In this document: positions 37,381 through 50,360 of the stretch, piece by piece
How positions within the stretch are numbered: the stretch's first letter is position 1
Layout of the letters: every line of letters begins with the position of its first letter
From: the human T2T-CHM13v2.0 reference genome, Homo sapiens
Direction: 5' to 3' (one strand)
DNA length: 64,000 nucleotides
Assembly: GCF_009914755.1 (NCBI RefSeq)
Contig: NC_060926.1
The notes under the pieces: generated by a model
Database searches by the model: none
What the model was told of the DNA's origin: nothing
What the model saw: only the letters and a program-made list of their open reading frames with translations
Program-made: the position numbers and the translations under genes

Positions 37381-37642
37381 CACTTTGGGAGGCTGAGGTG
37401 GGCGGATCACTTGAGGTCAGGAGTTCAAGACTAGCCTGGCCAACATGGTGAAACCCCGTCTCTACTAAAAATACAAAAATTAACCGGGTGTGATTACATA
37501 CGCTTGTAATCCTAGCTACTCGGGAGGCTGAGACTGGAGAATCATTTGAACCCAAGAGGCAAAGTTACCGTGAGCCAAGATCACGCCACTGTACTCCAGC
37601 CTGGGTGGCAGAGTAAGACTCTGACTGAAAAATAAATAAATA
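37381..37642 (+). mobile_element. 5'-truncated AluS fused to an antisense Alu tail remnant
   Basis: Starts at CACTTTGGGAGGCTGAGG and ends in an (AAAT)n tail; preceded by T-rich + GAGGCAGAG. Confidence 0.9.
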
Positions 37643-37656
37643 AAGATGAGGAAACT

Positions 37657-37975
37657 GACCAGGATGGTGGCTCACATCTGTAATCCTAGCACTTTGGGAG
37701 GCTGAGGTTGGAGGATCGCTTGAGCCCTTAAGTTTGAGACCAGCCTGGGCAACAAAGTGAGACTCCGTCTCTACAAAAGATAAAAAAAAACTAGCCAGGT
37801 GTGGTGGCATGAGCCTGTGGTCCCAGGTATACAGGAGGCTGATTGGGGAGAATCACCTGAGCTTGGGAGGCTGAGGTGGCAGTGAGCCTTGTTTGCACCA
37901 CTGCATTTCAACCTGGGCAACAGAGCAAGACTCTGTCTAAAAAAAATAAAAAATAAATAAAAATAAAAATAAAAA
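37657..37975 (+). mobile_element. AluJ inserted in a MIR
   Basis: GGAGGATCGCTTGAGCCC J-type features; TSD AAGATGAGGAAACTGA. Confidence 0.92.
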
Positions 37976-38721
37976 AGATGAGGAAACTGAGGCTTGGAGA
38001 GGTTAAGTATCCTGCTCAGGGCCCCCCAGCTGACTCTGGGGCCAAGATGAACCCCAGTAAGAATCAAGAGCAGCATTCAGAGGCAAACACGAAGCCCCAT
38101 TTCTAGCCCACATACTGGTGTACTTAACAGTGAAAGGCAAACTAATACTGTGGTTTTTGAAAAACTCTCCTCCCATGCCATATCTGCTCTTTTTTTCACC
38201 TTTTAGTTTTAAAATAACATTTGAAATCTGCCCTTTTTAGGAAAGACCAATTTAAAAAAAAAGTCAGGATTTCAACCCCATTGGAGGTTTATTCCTCCCT
38301 GCATGTAGAAGGCTGTATCAAAATTGCTTAAATACAAAAAATGTATAATTTGAAATAGTGGAAAATGGTTAAGTAGGTAAAGTGGGCATCATAGACTGAC
38401 AATAAATGTAAAAGGTAAAATAACTTAAAGGCAGATAAAATCATTTTTTTAAATGCCCCAAAGTGGTAAAATTACCCTGCAGTGCACAGAAGTGATCAGG
38501 ATAGGAAAACAATTAGAATTTTTTTTTTTTAAACTGGAAACGAACAAAAGCATAAAGGTTGCTAAATTGTTCCAGGGTTCATAACAATTACCACAACTTC
38601 CCTGAAAGTATAGATAGACCCATTTACAAAAATGCTCAATGTTACATTTGAAGTAGGAGAAACATCTTGCAATATATAAAGCCACAGTGAGTAAAATGCC
38701 TGTGACCAAAAGTAGCTATGA

Positions 38722-39169
<448 letters not shown>

Positions 39170-39291
39170 TGAACAGATAAAAAGATGATTTCTGCTTGTG
39201 ATAAATGCTCCCACTTTGCCACACTGACCAAATCACCTTGCTCTGATTCAGCACGTCAGAGCAGCTGAGAGGGACCTGTGAGGCCTCCTCA

Positions 39292-39969
<678 letters not shown>

Positions 39970-40325
39970 CTATCCCTCGGCCAGAGCTGATTGGTCCAGG
40001 GGAATAAATCAGACCTAGGCTAGACCAATGGGCGTCCTCCACTGGGTCTTGGGGATTGGCATGCTGGGAGACCAGGCCAGTCAGTAGTCAGGGAGGAAGG
40101 CGGATACCTGCAAGTGGCTGTTATTAGCAGGCGTCTAGAGGGCAGGGCCACAGACTGCCCCTGCTGACCTTTGCAAGCCCTTTGCTACCTATCCTGAGAC
40201 CTTCCCCCTGGTCTCTGTGAAATGCCCTTTTGTAACTTTAAGTGAGCTTCCCTTTCCTGGAGGGTTGAAGTGAGTTTCTGCTCCTCACAATGCAGTAGCA
40301 ATTACACGGTCAAATCAGTTGGGAA

Positions 40326-40614
40326 GGCTGGCTGCAGTGGCTCACACCTGTAAGTTTGGGAGGCTGAGGCGAGGGGATTGCTTGCATCTGGGATTTCAAG
40401 ACCAGCCTGGGCAACATAGTGAGGCCTTGTCTCTATAAAAAATAAAATAAAAAATTAGCCAGGCATGGTGGTGCATGCCTGTAGTCCCAGCTCCTTGGGA
40501 GGCTGAGGCTGGAGGATCGCTTGAGCCTAGAAGGTCAAGGCTATGCTGAGCCATGATTGCAACCACTACACTCAGCCTAAATAACAGAGTGAGACCCTGT
40601 TTCAAAAAAAAAAA
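40326..40614 (+). mobile_element. AluJ
   Basis: Diverged dimer; TSD AA(A/G)TCAGTTGGGAA. Confidence 0.92.
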
Positions 40615-41176
40615 GTCAGTTGGGAAACTGGGTCATTAAAGCCACACAAATTTGTTTACTGCAGGACTTTTCGGAGCCTTTGACATGCTAATACATACAG
40701 TGACTTTCCAAGTGGGACCAAGGTATGTGGTATTTCCCAAACTCATGGAATGCCTCACCTAGCTGGTGTTCACAGAACACCTTTTGGGCAATGCTAATCT
40801 GCCTCCCCTCCCCTCACTGTACAAGTGACGGAATGAAGGCACAGAGCGGGAGAGTGAGTTACCCAAGGTCACACAGCTGCTGAATTGCAGAGAAAGTCCT
40901 GGCACCTGAGGCCTCCTAGTGTTCTTCCCATTACATCCCAGTTGTCATAAGACTTCCTTGGATGGATGATGTATGTGCTGAGATTCTTGGACCGAGGTGG
41001 TGGTGGTCCAGTGTAGACGCCAGGAAAAGGGTGAGGTCGAGAATTGAAGGTCAGGCCTTGGTGAGAGAAACCCCTGTCTCCTTTAATCCTGGATGGTAGC
41101 TGTGGCTTCAGCGGGGACTAAGAGCCAACAGACGGCTTGGGGCTGGCCCCAGGCTGCCCTGACCGCCTTTACAGCA

Positions 41177-41280
41177 TGCCCAGGAGGACGGCTCCAGCCA
41201 ACCCAGCCTCCCCTTCTTCCTCAGGCCACGGGCAGGCTGAACAAGAGAAAAACCTTTTCTGCCCATGGCAGGGCCCGCCC
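41177..41280 (+). repeat. Left arm of non-Alu inverted repeat (intron 2)
   Basis: Aligns to the reverse complement of 43807-43912 with 7 mismatches and 2 gaps over 106 columns (manual alignment). Confidence 0.95.
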
Positions 41281-42946
41281 AGGCAGCCAGCGCCGGGATG
41301 ACGCGAGCTGTAAATCACCCCGTGGACCACAGACCCAGTGCCATCCCCACGGGTTTCCTTTCCGCTTCTTAATCCTCCTCCTCAGACTCGGTAACACAAA
41401 GCAGATTCCTGCTGGGGCCAGCCATGCACAGTGGGCTTGGAGAATGTGAGCCTGGGATTTACCACATCAAGATGCTCCCGCCTCTCACTTTTCCTTTTCT
41501 CCCTCCTGAGCCACTATTAGCTGGAGAGCACTCCCTCCCTCTGGCCCGGCTCCCTCGCCCTCCTTGGACCCCACTTCAGCCTTGCCCCAGACTTGCGTCT
41601 TGGCTGGCTGCCCCGGCCCACGGGGCTCACCAGGGCCTGTGGTTAGCAGGCCCTCCACGTCGTGGTTTGGCTCCATCCTGGCTCCCCAAGCCTCTGTCTC
41701 AGTGAGAGCAGCCTCTGTGTGGTAGAATGAACACTGCCGATCTGGATTCAAATCCTGGCACTGGCAACTTCTAGCACTTCCTTCTCGGAGCCTGGGATTG
41801 CTCACTCATGAGAGGGGGGAATGGGAATGCTCCCTGGCAGGTCGGAGGTGCCTGACAGATGTTTTGCTTTAAAAATAACTACTTATTAATAGCTGTTGGT
41901 TGAGGGTTGGAGCACGAATCAAAAGGGTGTTTGGAGTTGCTTTAAGAGGGTTATGTTGTACCAGGTTCAGGGACTTTGTTATTTTTCATCCTGGGTGGAT
42001 CTGGAGGTCTCACAGAGCCTCCCCACCGGCTCTGACCTCCCCAGAGAGCTAAAACCCCACAGGCCCCATGACCTTGCCCCCTGTCCCATCCCTTCCTGGT
42101 AGCCAGTTACACCGTCTGCTCAGAGCGCCAAGTTCAGCTGCCAGAATGAGGATTGCACAGATCAGGGCTGCAGGGAACTTAAAGGTGGTCTAACCCAGCA
42201 ATTTTCGAACTGTGCTCCTTAGCACCCTGATTCTCAGACATGTCCCAGGCTCTCTGTTGGAAGGAATGCAATAGGTCTCTGGGTCCCCCTTCCTCTGTGT
42301 CCCCTGACTCCACTGCAATCAAATAGACAGACACATGTTTTCTGTGTTAGTGTTCCATGTACTTCATTCTCCTGCTTAAAAGGAGCTTTCATCGATCTGC
42401 TCCAGCCACGCCATTTTACAGATGAGGACACTGAGGCCTAGAGAAGTCAAATGACTTGTTTTAGGTCACCCAGCTGGCAGGTGAATGTGCTACAACTAGA
42501 GTGGGCCTTGTGACTCCTAGGGCAGCGCAAGGAAGCTGCAGATGGCCATTCCAGTGGGACTGAGCCTGCAGAGGAGCCTGCCACCCCAGGGTGGGGACGG
42601 GCCTCTGAGATCCCTCAGAGGGGTGGCCCTGGGGATTGTGGTGTCAGCCCCAGGTGTCCCCGAGCTTCCAGCGGCCCTGGCTCCCACTACCCACTGTGGT
42701 CCTCTTCTTTCCCCAAACCAACCAAAACGCAGGGCCTCTGAAATGCAGCACTAAGGAACAGGGGGACAGTGTGGGCTCTGGAGGCAGCCAGGCCGGGGTT
42801 TGAATCCTGGCTCTTCCACTTATCGAACCCTTCAAGGTGGGGGCCCCTCTGCCTGGAGGACTCAGTGAAGGGACATTCTGCAGCTGTCCAGAAACAGGAA
42901 CCAGGTGGAGCAGGGGCAGCTTTTAATGGCTGGTCATGTCTTTCAG

Positions 42947-42952
42947 GAGTGA
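42947..42952 (+). CDS. ATOH8: ATOH8 coding part of terminal exon 3: Glu321 + TGA
   Basis: Acceptor TTTTAATGGCTGGTCATGTCTTTCAG|GAG TGA gives ...AKKRKE*, 321 aa total, matching the recalled ATOH8 length and C-terminus. Confidence 0.9.
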   Translation, partial: E

Positions 42953-43806
42953 CTGGCTGCAGGCAAGACCAAGGCCACCACTGTGGGCCCTCCTTCCAGT
43001 CAGGCCTGAGGACAAGGTGAGCTCGCTGAGTCCAGCCTCGTGGTCTTCTCCAAGATGCCGCCAGATGCCCAGCCTACAGCCTCTCAGGGTCGGATCGGAG
43101 CACGCCTGCCTCCCTCTCCCCTCCGCCCTCACCCAGCCAATCCGAGGCTGCTTCGCACTTTGCCCTCTGCCTGGTGGGGAGGGGAGAGCTCAGCCCCCGA
43201 CTCACTCAGACCCCAAGGCCCACTGTCCAGCTGCAGAAATTCGTTGCCAAAGATTGGACAGAGACACCGAAGGAAATGGGGTGGTGAAACCCCACAGCGA
43301 AAAGCCACACCGTTGCTCTGTGACTTTTGCTCCTCCTGTTGCCTGAGCCCCATCTCAAGCCAAAGATGAGTCAGTGGTTCTGCTAGGAACTCATGGAATG
43401 GATGGGCATTTGATGACCCCTGGGGGTCATCTTGGCCCTCTGACCTGGTGCTCTCTCTCCACTGGGCCTTGTGCTGGCTGAGTGCAAGACAAGCCTTAGG
43501 GGCTGTGAGAGGGAGGCTGGGGTGCCTGGGCGGGGCTGGGAGTGGGACCTGAGATCCCTGCCCACTCTCTCCCCTTCATTGGCTGCCCAGGCCACTGGCC
43601 CCAGTTCTCAGTGTCCCTTGGGTCCAGGCTCCTTGGGCCCTAAGCATCACCAGAAGGGAGTAAGCAGGGAGAGAAGCAATATTACTCCCTCCCCTACACC
43701 AGGGACTTGCCCCAGGGCAGCTACCTATGGGTCTTTGCTTCCCCAGCCAGCCTCTCCTCACTGTGACCCACCCCCATGGGCCCCCGTCCCAGGCAGCCAG
43801 CACCAT

Positions 43807-43912
43807 GGGCAGGCCCTGCCATGGACAGAAAAAGAGTTTTTCTCTTGTTCAGCCTGCACGTGGCCTGAGGAAGGAGTAGAGGCTGGGTTGGCTGGAGCCG
43901 TCCTACTGGGCA
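43807..43912 (-). repeat. Right arm of non-Alu inverted repeat (3' UTR)
   Basis: Reverse complement TGCCCAGTAGGACGGCTCCAGCCAACCCAGCCTC...CATGGCAGGGCCTGCCC matches 41177-41280. Confidence 0.95.
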
Positions 43913-44101
43913 AGATGGCGCCCCACTTGGAGGGCGGTGGTCTGTTACAGGGTGTGCAGGGGCAGAGAAGGAAGGGACCAGGGGACTGGGCCAGTATGTG
44001 GAGGATGGGGCCTGCGTGTTCAAAGCCAAGGCCCGCCCCTTCCTTGTGCTCAAATGGCCAAAGCTGTTCACGTCTGTGCTCAACCATCTGCTTCAAATTG
44101 A

Positions 44102-44107
44102 AGTAAA
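44102..44107 (+). terminator. Proximal variant poly(A) signal AGTAAA
   Basis: Known variant hexamer followed by GU-rich CTTGTGTTGAGTGGACTCTGTGGGTG at 44131-44156. Confidence 0.5.
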
Positions 44108-45689
44108 AGCCCCAAAATGTCAAGAAAATACTTGTGTTGAGTGGACTCTGTGGGTGACCAGGACTTTGGCCGGTCATCAGCTGGGGAGTGTGAGGGAGGG
44201 GGTTGGTTTCTACCTACAGGTTGAGAGCCCTTCAGGATCAGGCGCTGTCCGAGTGAGAGTGTGTGTGTCTGTGTGTGGAAGGGGGTGGAGGGCGGTTCCC
44301 ACAGTAGTCTCAGCCTGGACTAGTGACCAGGAGGCCTGGTCAGGAACACATGAGGAGCCCTCTCTGTCCGCACTGCACTCAATCTGTACCATGGATTTAT
44401 GAGATAGGGGCCCCTATTATTAACCCCGTTTCACAGATGGGGTAACTGAGGCCTCAAGTAGACAGGGTCAGTCGGTGACAGAGCCAGTCATCGAATCAGG
44501 ATGGGCTCACTTCAAATCCTGTGCTCTCAAACCTTTTCCAGCCCCATCACCAGTCCCAGCCCAAAGTCTCTTGTGTGGCCTTGTCACATTGCTTCACCTC
44601 AGCGGGCCTAAGGTAGGGACAATAAAGGCCCATTGGGACTGGGGGAAGGGGTGATAAGATAAAAAATAGGAGAGCACTGTCAAGGCAGAAGGGACAGGGC
44701 TGGCCAAGGAAAGGGGGATAGGAGGGGACCGGAGGCTGCAGCCATACAGGACACAGTTTGTCCCTTGGTTTCACCAGTGTCACTTTCTCGTCTCTGCTGC
44801 TCAGACTCCTGGGCTGGGCTGGGGCTGGCTGCAGGGAGCCCCCCTTGCAGTAGCGTTTCTCAGGCTGGCCCTTTACCAAGGACCACAGTGTCCATGCTGT
44901 CTTGGATCCCTAGGCTGGCACAGAAACAGGGGACCCAGGTGGCCCTGAGCACTCCTCAGAGCAAAGGTGCTCTGGAAGCAGACTGGACAGAGTGGGCATG
45001 GAATGGGGCCAGGAGGGTCTGTTAGGAAGGTTCAGCCACCCTGTGAAGCTGGCACAGATAACAGCACTGCTCTGTTGTCCCTCGGAGCCTCTGAGTAACC
45101 CTGATGGCACTTCCTAAGGCAGCAGGACATGTGGACTGACCAGCATCAAACTGTTGACATAGAAGACCATTTCTATTACCAAAGGGAGTGTACCCCATTC
45201 TGCTGCCAAGGGAGCAAACCCATGGCCTTACCACCCAGAAAGAGCCCATCCTCCACCTCCTATCCCCCTCCTGCATACATACTTCATTACATGTTTCCCT
45301 TTCATTCTGAAGCATCATTGATGACCAGCTGCCTGTCAGACACTAAGATAGGCAGTGGGAATGAAGAGATGGATCTTGTGTCATGCATGGCATCACGGAG
45401 CTCTGGGTTCTGTACGGAGGGTGGGACAGACAGGTAGACAAGCAAATAATTATGATTATAGCAGATGACTAAGGTGTTGTCGGGAGCTTCAGGAAAGGAA
45501 GAACTAACTCTTGGGGAGGTTCTCAGGAAGGATTTCCCTGGAAAGTAGCCATGGGACTTGCGTCTTAAATGGTGAGTAAAAGCTTTCTGAGCAGAGGAGT
45601 AGGAAAAGGGCTTTCTATGCAGAGGAGCACTCAGCGCTGGCAGGAAATTGGAATCACCCAAGGAGATTATTAAATATTAAATATTGATA

Positions 45690-45820
45690 TGAAGTATTGA
45701 TGCCCAATTTCATCTCCAGAAATTCTGATGTATTGGTCTAGGGTGTTGCCTGGTCATTGGGATTTTTACAAGCTCCTCAAGTGATCTTAATGTGCAGGCA
45801 AGGTTGAAGCCGCTGGTCTA
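45690..45820. mobile_element. MER5-like hAT-Charlie fragment in 3' UTR
   Basis: CCAGAAATTCTGATGTATTGGTCTAGGGTG...GTGATCTTAATGTGCAGGCAAGGTTGA. Confidence 0.65.
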
Positions 45821-47415
45821 AGTGGGGTCTGGTCTACGATAAGAAAGTGACTTTGAGCCATCGATTTGGGAGACAGGCTCTGGGTGGATGTGTGTGTGTG
45901 CACACATATGTATGTATGTGGATGACTAAAAGTGCATGCTCTCCTCTCCTTTCCCAGCTTCCTCTCCAGCACAGCAACTTGTGTTCGTATGCACACACAT
46001 GCACACTCTCTCTCATGGGCACATGCATACCCACACACACTCGTGTACATTTCCAGAAAATGGAATTACATTTCAGATAGATTCAGATTCCAACGGCAGT
46101 CTTCTAAACACTTTTATGCAAGCAGCCATTCAAGGAGACCCTCAGCAAAATATAAATGACGAGGAGCTGCCCTCATGGGGCCCTGTGAAAGCACTTTGCA
46201 GTCCAGCCTTGGGTTTGTGGTCACAGAGTCACCTGTGGATGTTTGTAGCACACTCTCCTTGTCTTGTCTGCTCTGGGTCACCAGGCACAGGCCATAAAGG
46301 GATGAGGGGGCCCTCTCCAGGGGCCCGCAAGATCTTCCTGGGTATGTCTGCATGAAGCCCCACGTGTGCACACCCATCTTCATGTGTGTGTGTGCCAGCC
46401 TCCTGCTCTCTGCAGAACAAAACCAGAAGGAATGGCTCTGGGAGTTGGAGATCTCAGCTCACAGGCCAAGCTTTGCAAGACTCTCCAAAGACTGCCCACA
46501 GACTGTGCTGCTTCCTGGGTCTGGCCTGAGACTATCCCAGAAGAGAGGGTTAAATTCTGGAGGTGAGGTTTTGAGCAAGTGTTCATCCCCCCACACTATG
46601 CTCCTTCCTGTCTCCATGGCCACATCCTTCAAGGCTCTGTGCTGTTCTCTTTTTTTCTGGATTTCTCCACCTCCACCAAGTTCCCCTTTCTCACAGCTAG
46701 TGGAGGCATGAGTAGGCAGGTCCCAGGGGCTGGGAACTGGGTAGCATTGCCATGTGCAGGGACTGTGTTGGGAGCTGCAGGTACAGAGCTCCTCTGTGCT
46801 CAAGAGCTTGCCGGTGAGCCTGGACGGAGGCATAGGTGCAGCTAATTAGGATAAGACAGGGGCCGCGCTGTGGTCAGCCGTGGGAAGCCGGCGAGGGGAC
46901 TGGAGTTGGGGCTACACTTGCCTCCCTCCTATGCTGCTTCCTGAGCCACGAAGTGGTCATTGCCAGCATCCCAGGCAACAAACAGCAAGACTCAGACATC
47001 TCCAAGGAAACCCTTTGAGTGGATCTGTACCGTTGTTCTCGTCTTGCTCTCTTGCTGCCCTGCCACCTTCACAGCTGCTTTCTGTTTCCTGGTTCCAGGA
47101 AGACAGCGGGGCACAGGGTCCCTGCTTTGTGAGGAGCAGCTGGCTTCTCCCTTTGCCCCCAGGTTTTGCCCTCCCACATGTCTCCCTTCTGGTGACCCGG
47201 ACCCCAGACAAACTATGCCTGCCTCCCTGAAGCCAGGCATCCTGAGGAACTTGATAGACAAACAATGACAGTGTTTTCCAGAACTGTGGGTACGTGTCTA
47301 ATCTCAGATGGTACTATGAATTCCTGGAGATCAAAGTTTGGATCTAATTCAACCCCTGATCCTCGAAACGGCTTTCTTGCAAAGTGTATATATTGGTTTC
47401 TTTGCTGAATGAATG

Positions 47416-47421
47416 AATAAA
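47416..47421 (+). terminator. Distal poly(A) signal AATAAA
   Basis: Canonical hexamer followed ~25 nt later by U-rich CATTTTTGTTTTCTT downstream element. Confidence 0.75.
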
Positions 47422-49415
47422 ACATGGAAAATGTGGTAATTCACTCATTTTTGTTTTCTTCCTTCCACAAATAACTCCCAAGCATCTAATTTGTTCAAGA
47501 CCTGGAGAAAACAGGACCCAGGCCAGGTGATCTTTTATATGGCTTCGGAGAGGCTTGAAGGGAGAGGGGCTTAGAGCCGAGAGAAGCCTGGCCTTGGACC
47601 TTTTTGCTCTTTATGTGGCCGAGTCTTTGAGAACTGAGCGAAGAGGACAGCATCACAGCACACGTGCTGGCACACAGGCACTGAATGAACAGTTACTGAA
47701 TGTGTAGATGAGTGAATGAATGCCGCCAAGCCTCCTTACAGCCCTGCCTCGGACATCACTAATCAACAGTGGCTCTTTTTCTCCAGGGGCTCCTACACTG
47801 CCTGAATTCCGCTCCAGACAATGCTCCAAGCAGTTACTACTAATGGATCGGAGAGATGAGCTCCCTCTGCCGCCCTGGTCCCGTGGCCTCCCTGGAGTGG
47901 GCCAGCCTCCTCGGGCCACCCCAGCATGGCGTGTTTGAGGTGATGTCAGGAGCTTCAACTTCACTGTTGCTCACGGGCCATGTGGCTGCCTCCTGACTGG
48001 CCTCTCTGTCAATGGTCTGTGACTTCCAACCCTGCCTCTGCCATGGCTGATAGGGGTTTATTTCCAAACTTCCTCCCTGGGCCCATTGCCTCCAGACTAC
48101 AGCCCAGGCTCCTTAGCTGACCATCATGATGGTCTTGTGTGCCCTCCAGGTCCACAACATCTCCCTGTCGCCACTGTCTGGGCATGCCCACAGCTTGGCC
48201 GTCTGGGGGTGGTGGCCAAATCCCATCCTGAGATATCATTAACAGCCCCTCTTTCTCAGCCGTGGCCCTGTGTCCTTCTCTCTGGCTGCCCATGAAACAA
48301 GATTCTTTCTTATCTTAATGTTTGCTGCAAAGGAAGCAGTTTCTTTTTGTCCTAACATTACCCGGCGTTGTATCCCGCCTAGCGCCTGGGTCCCCGGGGA
48401 ACTCTAGTTCTTTCAATCCCAGAACCTGGGGCGGACAGAGAGGCCCTACTTAACCTGGCAGCAACAACCTAGATGGCCGCCCTTCTGCCCTCGGGGCTCA
48501 TCTTGCCTTTTCACATATAAATAAAAACATTTCCACTCCCACGCCATGTTCAGTGGGAAGCCAGCCCGGCATTGCCCGTGTCTCTGAGGATTCTCGAGGG
48601 ACTTACATCCTTGGCTTTGATCTTTGGGGCCCACTGAATTCATCTCTTGCTCAGCGGCTCCCTATGGCTTCCTCCTTCTCTCTACTTTGTGGCCCTCAAG
48701 GGAACACACACACCTTTCCTCAGTTTCCCCAAAACATCCCTCACCCAAGGCAGTGGTGTGGAGAGGAATTATTTTTTCCATTCCTGATGAATCTTTTTAA
48801 ATGCTTACATGCATGAAAAAACAAACAGGACCTTGCCTTTTACTTCCTAACTTATGCAGCTGATTTCATGTATTTTTGACAGGTTCATCATGTTTCTGGC
48901 AGTTGTAACTTTTTTCCCTTCTGGCTTCACTCCCTGGTGCTACATTTCTGGGCTGTGACTCACCCAAGGTTGTCTCACAGCTGGCACTTAAATCTAGTAT
49001 TTTTTCTTCATTCTAACATCTTCCCCTGCCCCCCTTCATGCCCATCACCACCAATATGGTGGCTAATGGATAGACTATGAGCAAATACAGCAGCTGGTGA
49101 GGGCGCTCACCCACCCTCGGCGGCGCAAGTATCCAGGATCTCACCTCCAGGAGGAAAGATGCACCTCCCTGGACGAGCCAGCCTCTCCCCGGGCTCTCTT
49201 GTCACCAAGGCTTGTCCAAAGGCAGCAGATGGGCCACACAGCGGGGAGTGAGGCCAGGACAGAGCCTGCCCCCTCCCCAAGAAACCGGCAGAGCCAAGCC
49301 TGTGCCCCCAACCACCTCCAAAGCCATCTGGCCCACAGACAACATGCTTTCATCCTTTGGGATTTCATTTCCAGCACCACAACCAGAAGTTTCTAGAGAA
49401 TTCCCCTCTGGCAGG

Positions 49416-49474
49416 CACACACATGCACATGATACACACACACACAAACACACACACACACACACACACACACA
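49416..49474. repeat. Interrupted (CA)n microsatellite
   Basis: Direct observation. Confidence 0.9.
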
Positions 49475-49919
49475 TTTTTTCTTTTTTTAAATAAAGAGCT
49501 CAAAAATGTTTCCAAATCCCAGGAAAGGAATCTCCATTTTTGGAGAAGAAAATAGAACAAAACCAGCAAGTTTATTTATTTCTTTATTTTTAGTATGCTT
49601 TGAGATGGCCACATTGACCTTTATTTCCTAAATAAAAATCAGGACAAGAGGTTTGATGAAGATTTAAGTGCTTTTTCTGGACAGGTCCTGGTATGAGAGG
49701 CAGCCTAGGAAGTCAAACATTGTAATCTGGGGAGCGGCTCTAAGATGAATAAGATTAGGCTGTCTAAAAGCAACCGATTCAATGATCCTGTCCGTTGAGG
49801 ACCACAGTGTAATATATCCTTTTCCTAAAGGCTCTGAAAAGTCCTGCAGTAGAAAAACTCATTTAACTTTTTAAACTCCGTGCCTCTCAAACTTTTATGA
49901 ACACTTATCCTTTAAAAAA

Positions 49920-50360
49920 ATGTATTATGGTAAAATATCCATATGGTAAAATAATATTTAGCATTTTGACCATTAAGTGTACAATTCGGTGGCATTAAAT
50001 ACATTCATAATATGGTAATATGTGCAACCATGACAGTTATCTGCACCCCAAACATTTCCATCATCGCCAACAAAATTAAACACCCATTAAACAATCTGCA
50101 CCCATTAAACAATAATTCTCCCTCCCTGCCTCCCCCCAGCCCTGATAACCTTTATTCTACTTCCTGTCTGTATGAACTTGCCTATTCCAGGTACTTCATA
50201 CCAGTGGAATCACACAATATTTGTCCTTCTCTGTTGGCTTATTTCACTATGTGTAATGTTTTCAAGGTCCATCTGCGTGTTGGCATGTATCAGAATTTCA
50301 TTGCTTTTCATGGCTGAACAATGCTCCATTGTATGGATAGACCACATCTCTGTTGATGGA
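49920..50360 (-). mobile_element. L1M (MB/MC-like) 3' fragment
   Basis: AAGTGTACAATTCGGTGGCATTAAATACATTCA...GGAATCACACAATATTTGTCC...TCCATTGTATGGATAGACCACAT. Confidence 0.85.

Larger units (their letters stand above)
42953..47445 (+). other. ATOH8: ATOH8 3' UTR (long form ~4.5 kb; short form ending ~44125)
   Basis: Follows the stop codon. Candidate poly(A) signals at 44102, 44621 and 47416; exact ends are inferred. Confidence 0.7.
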
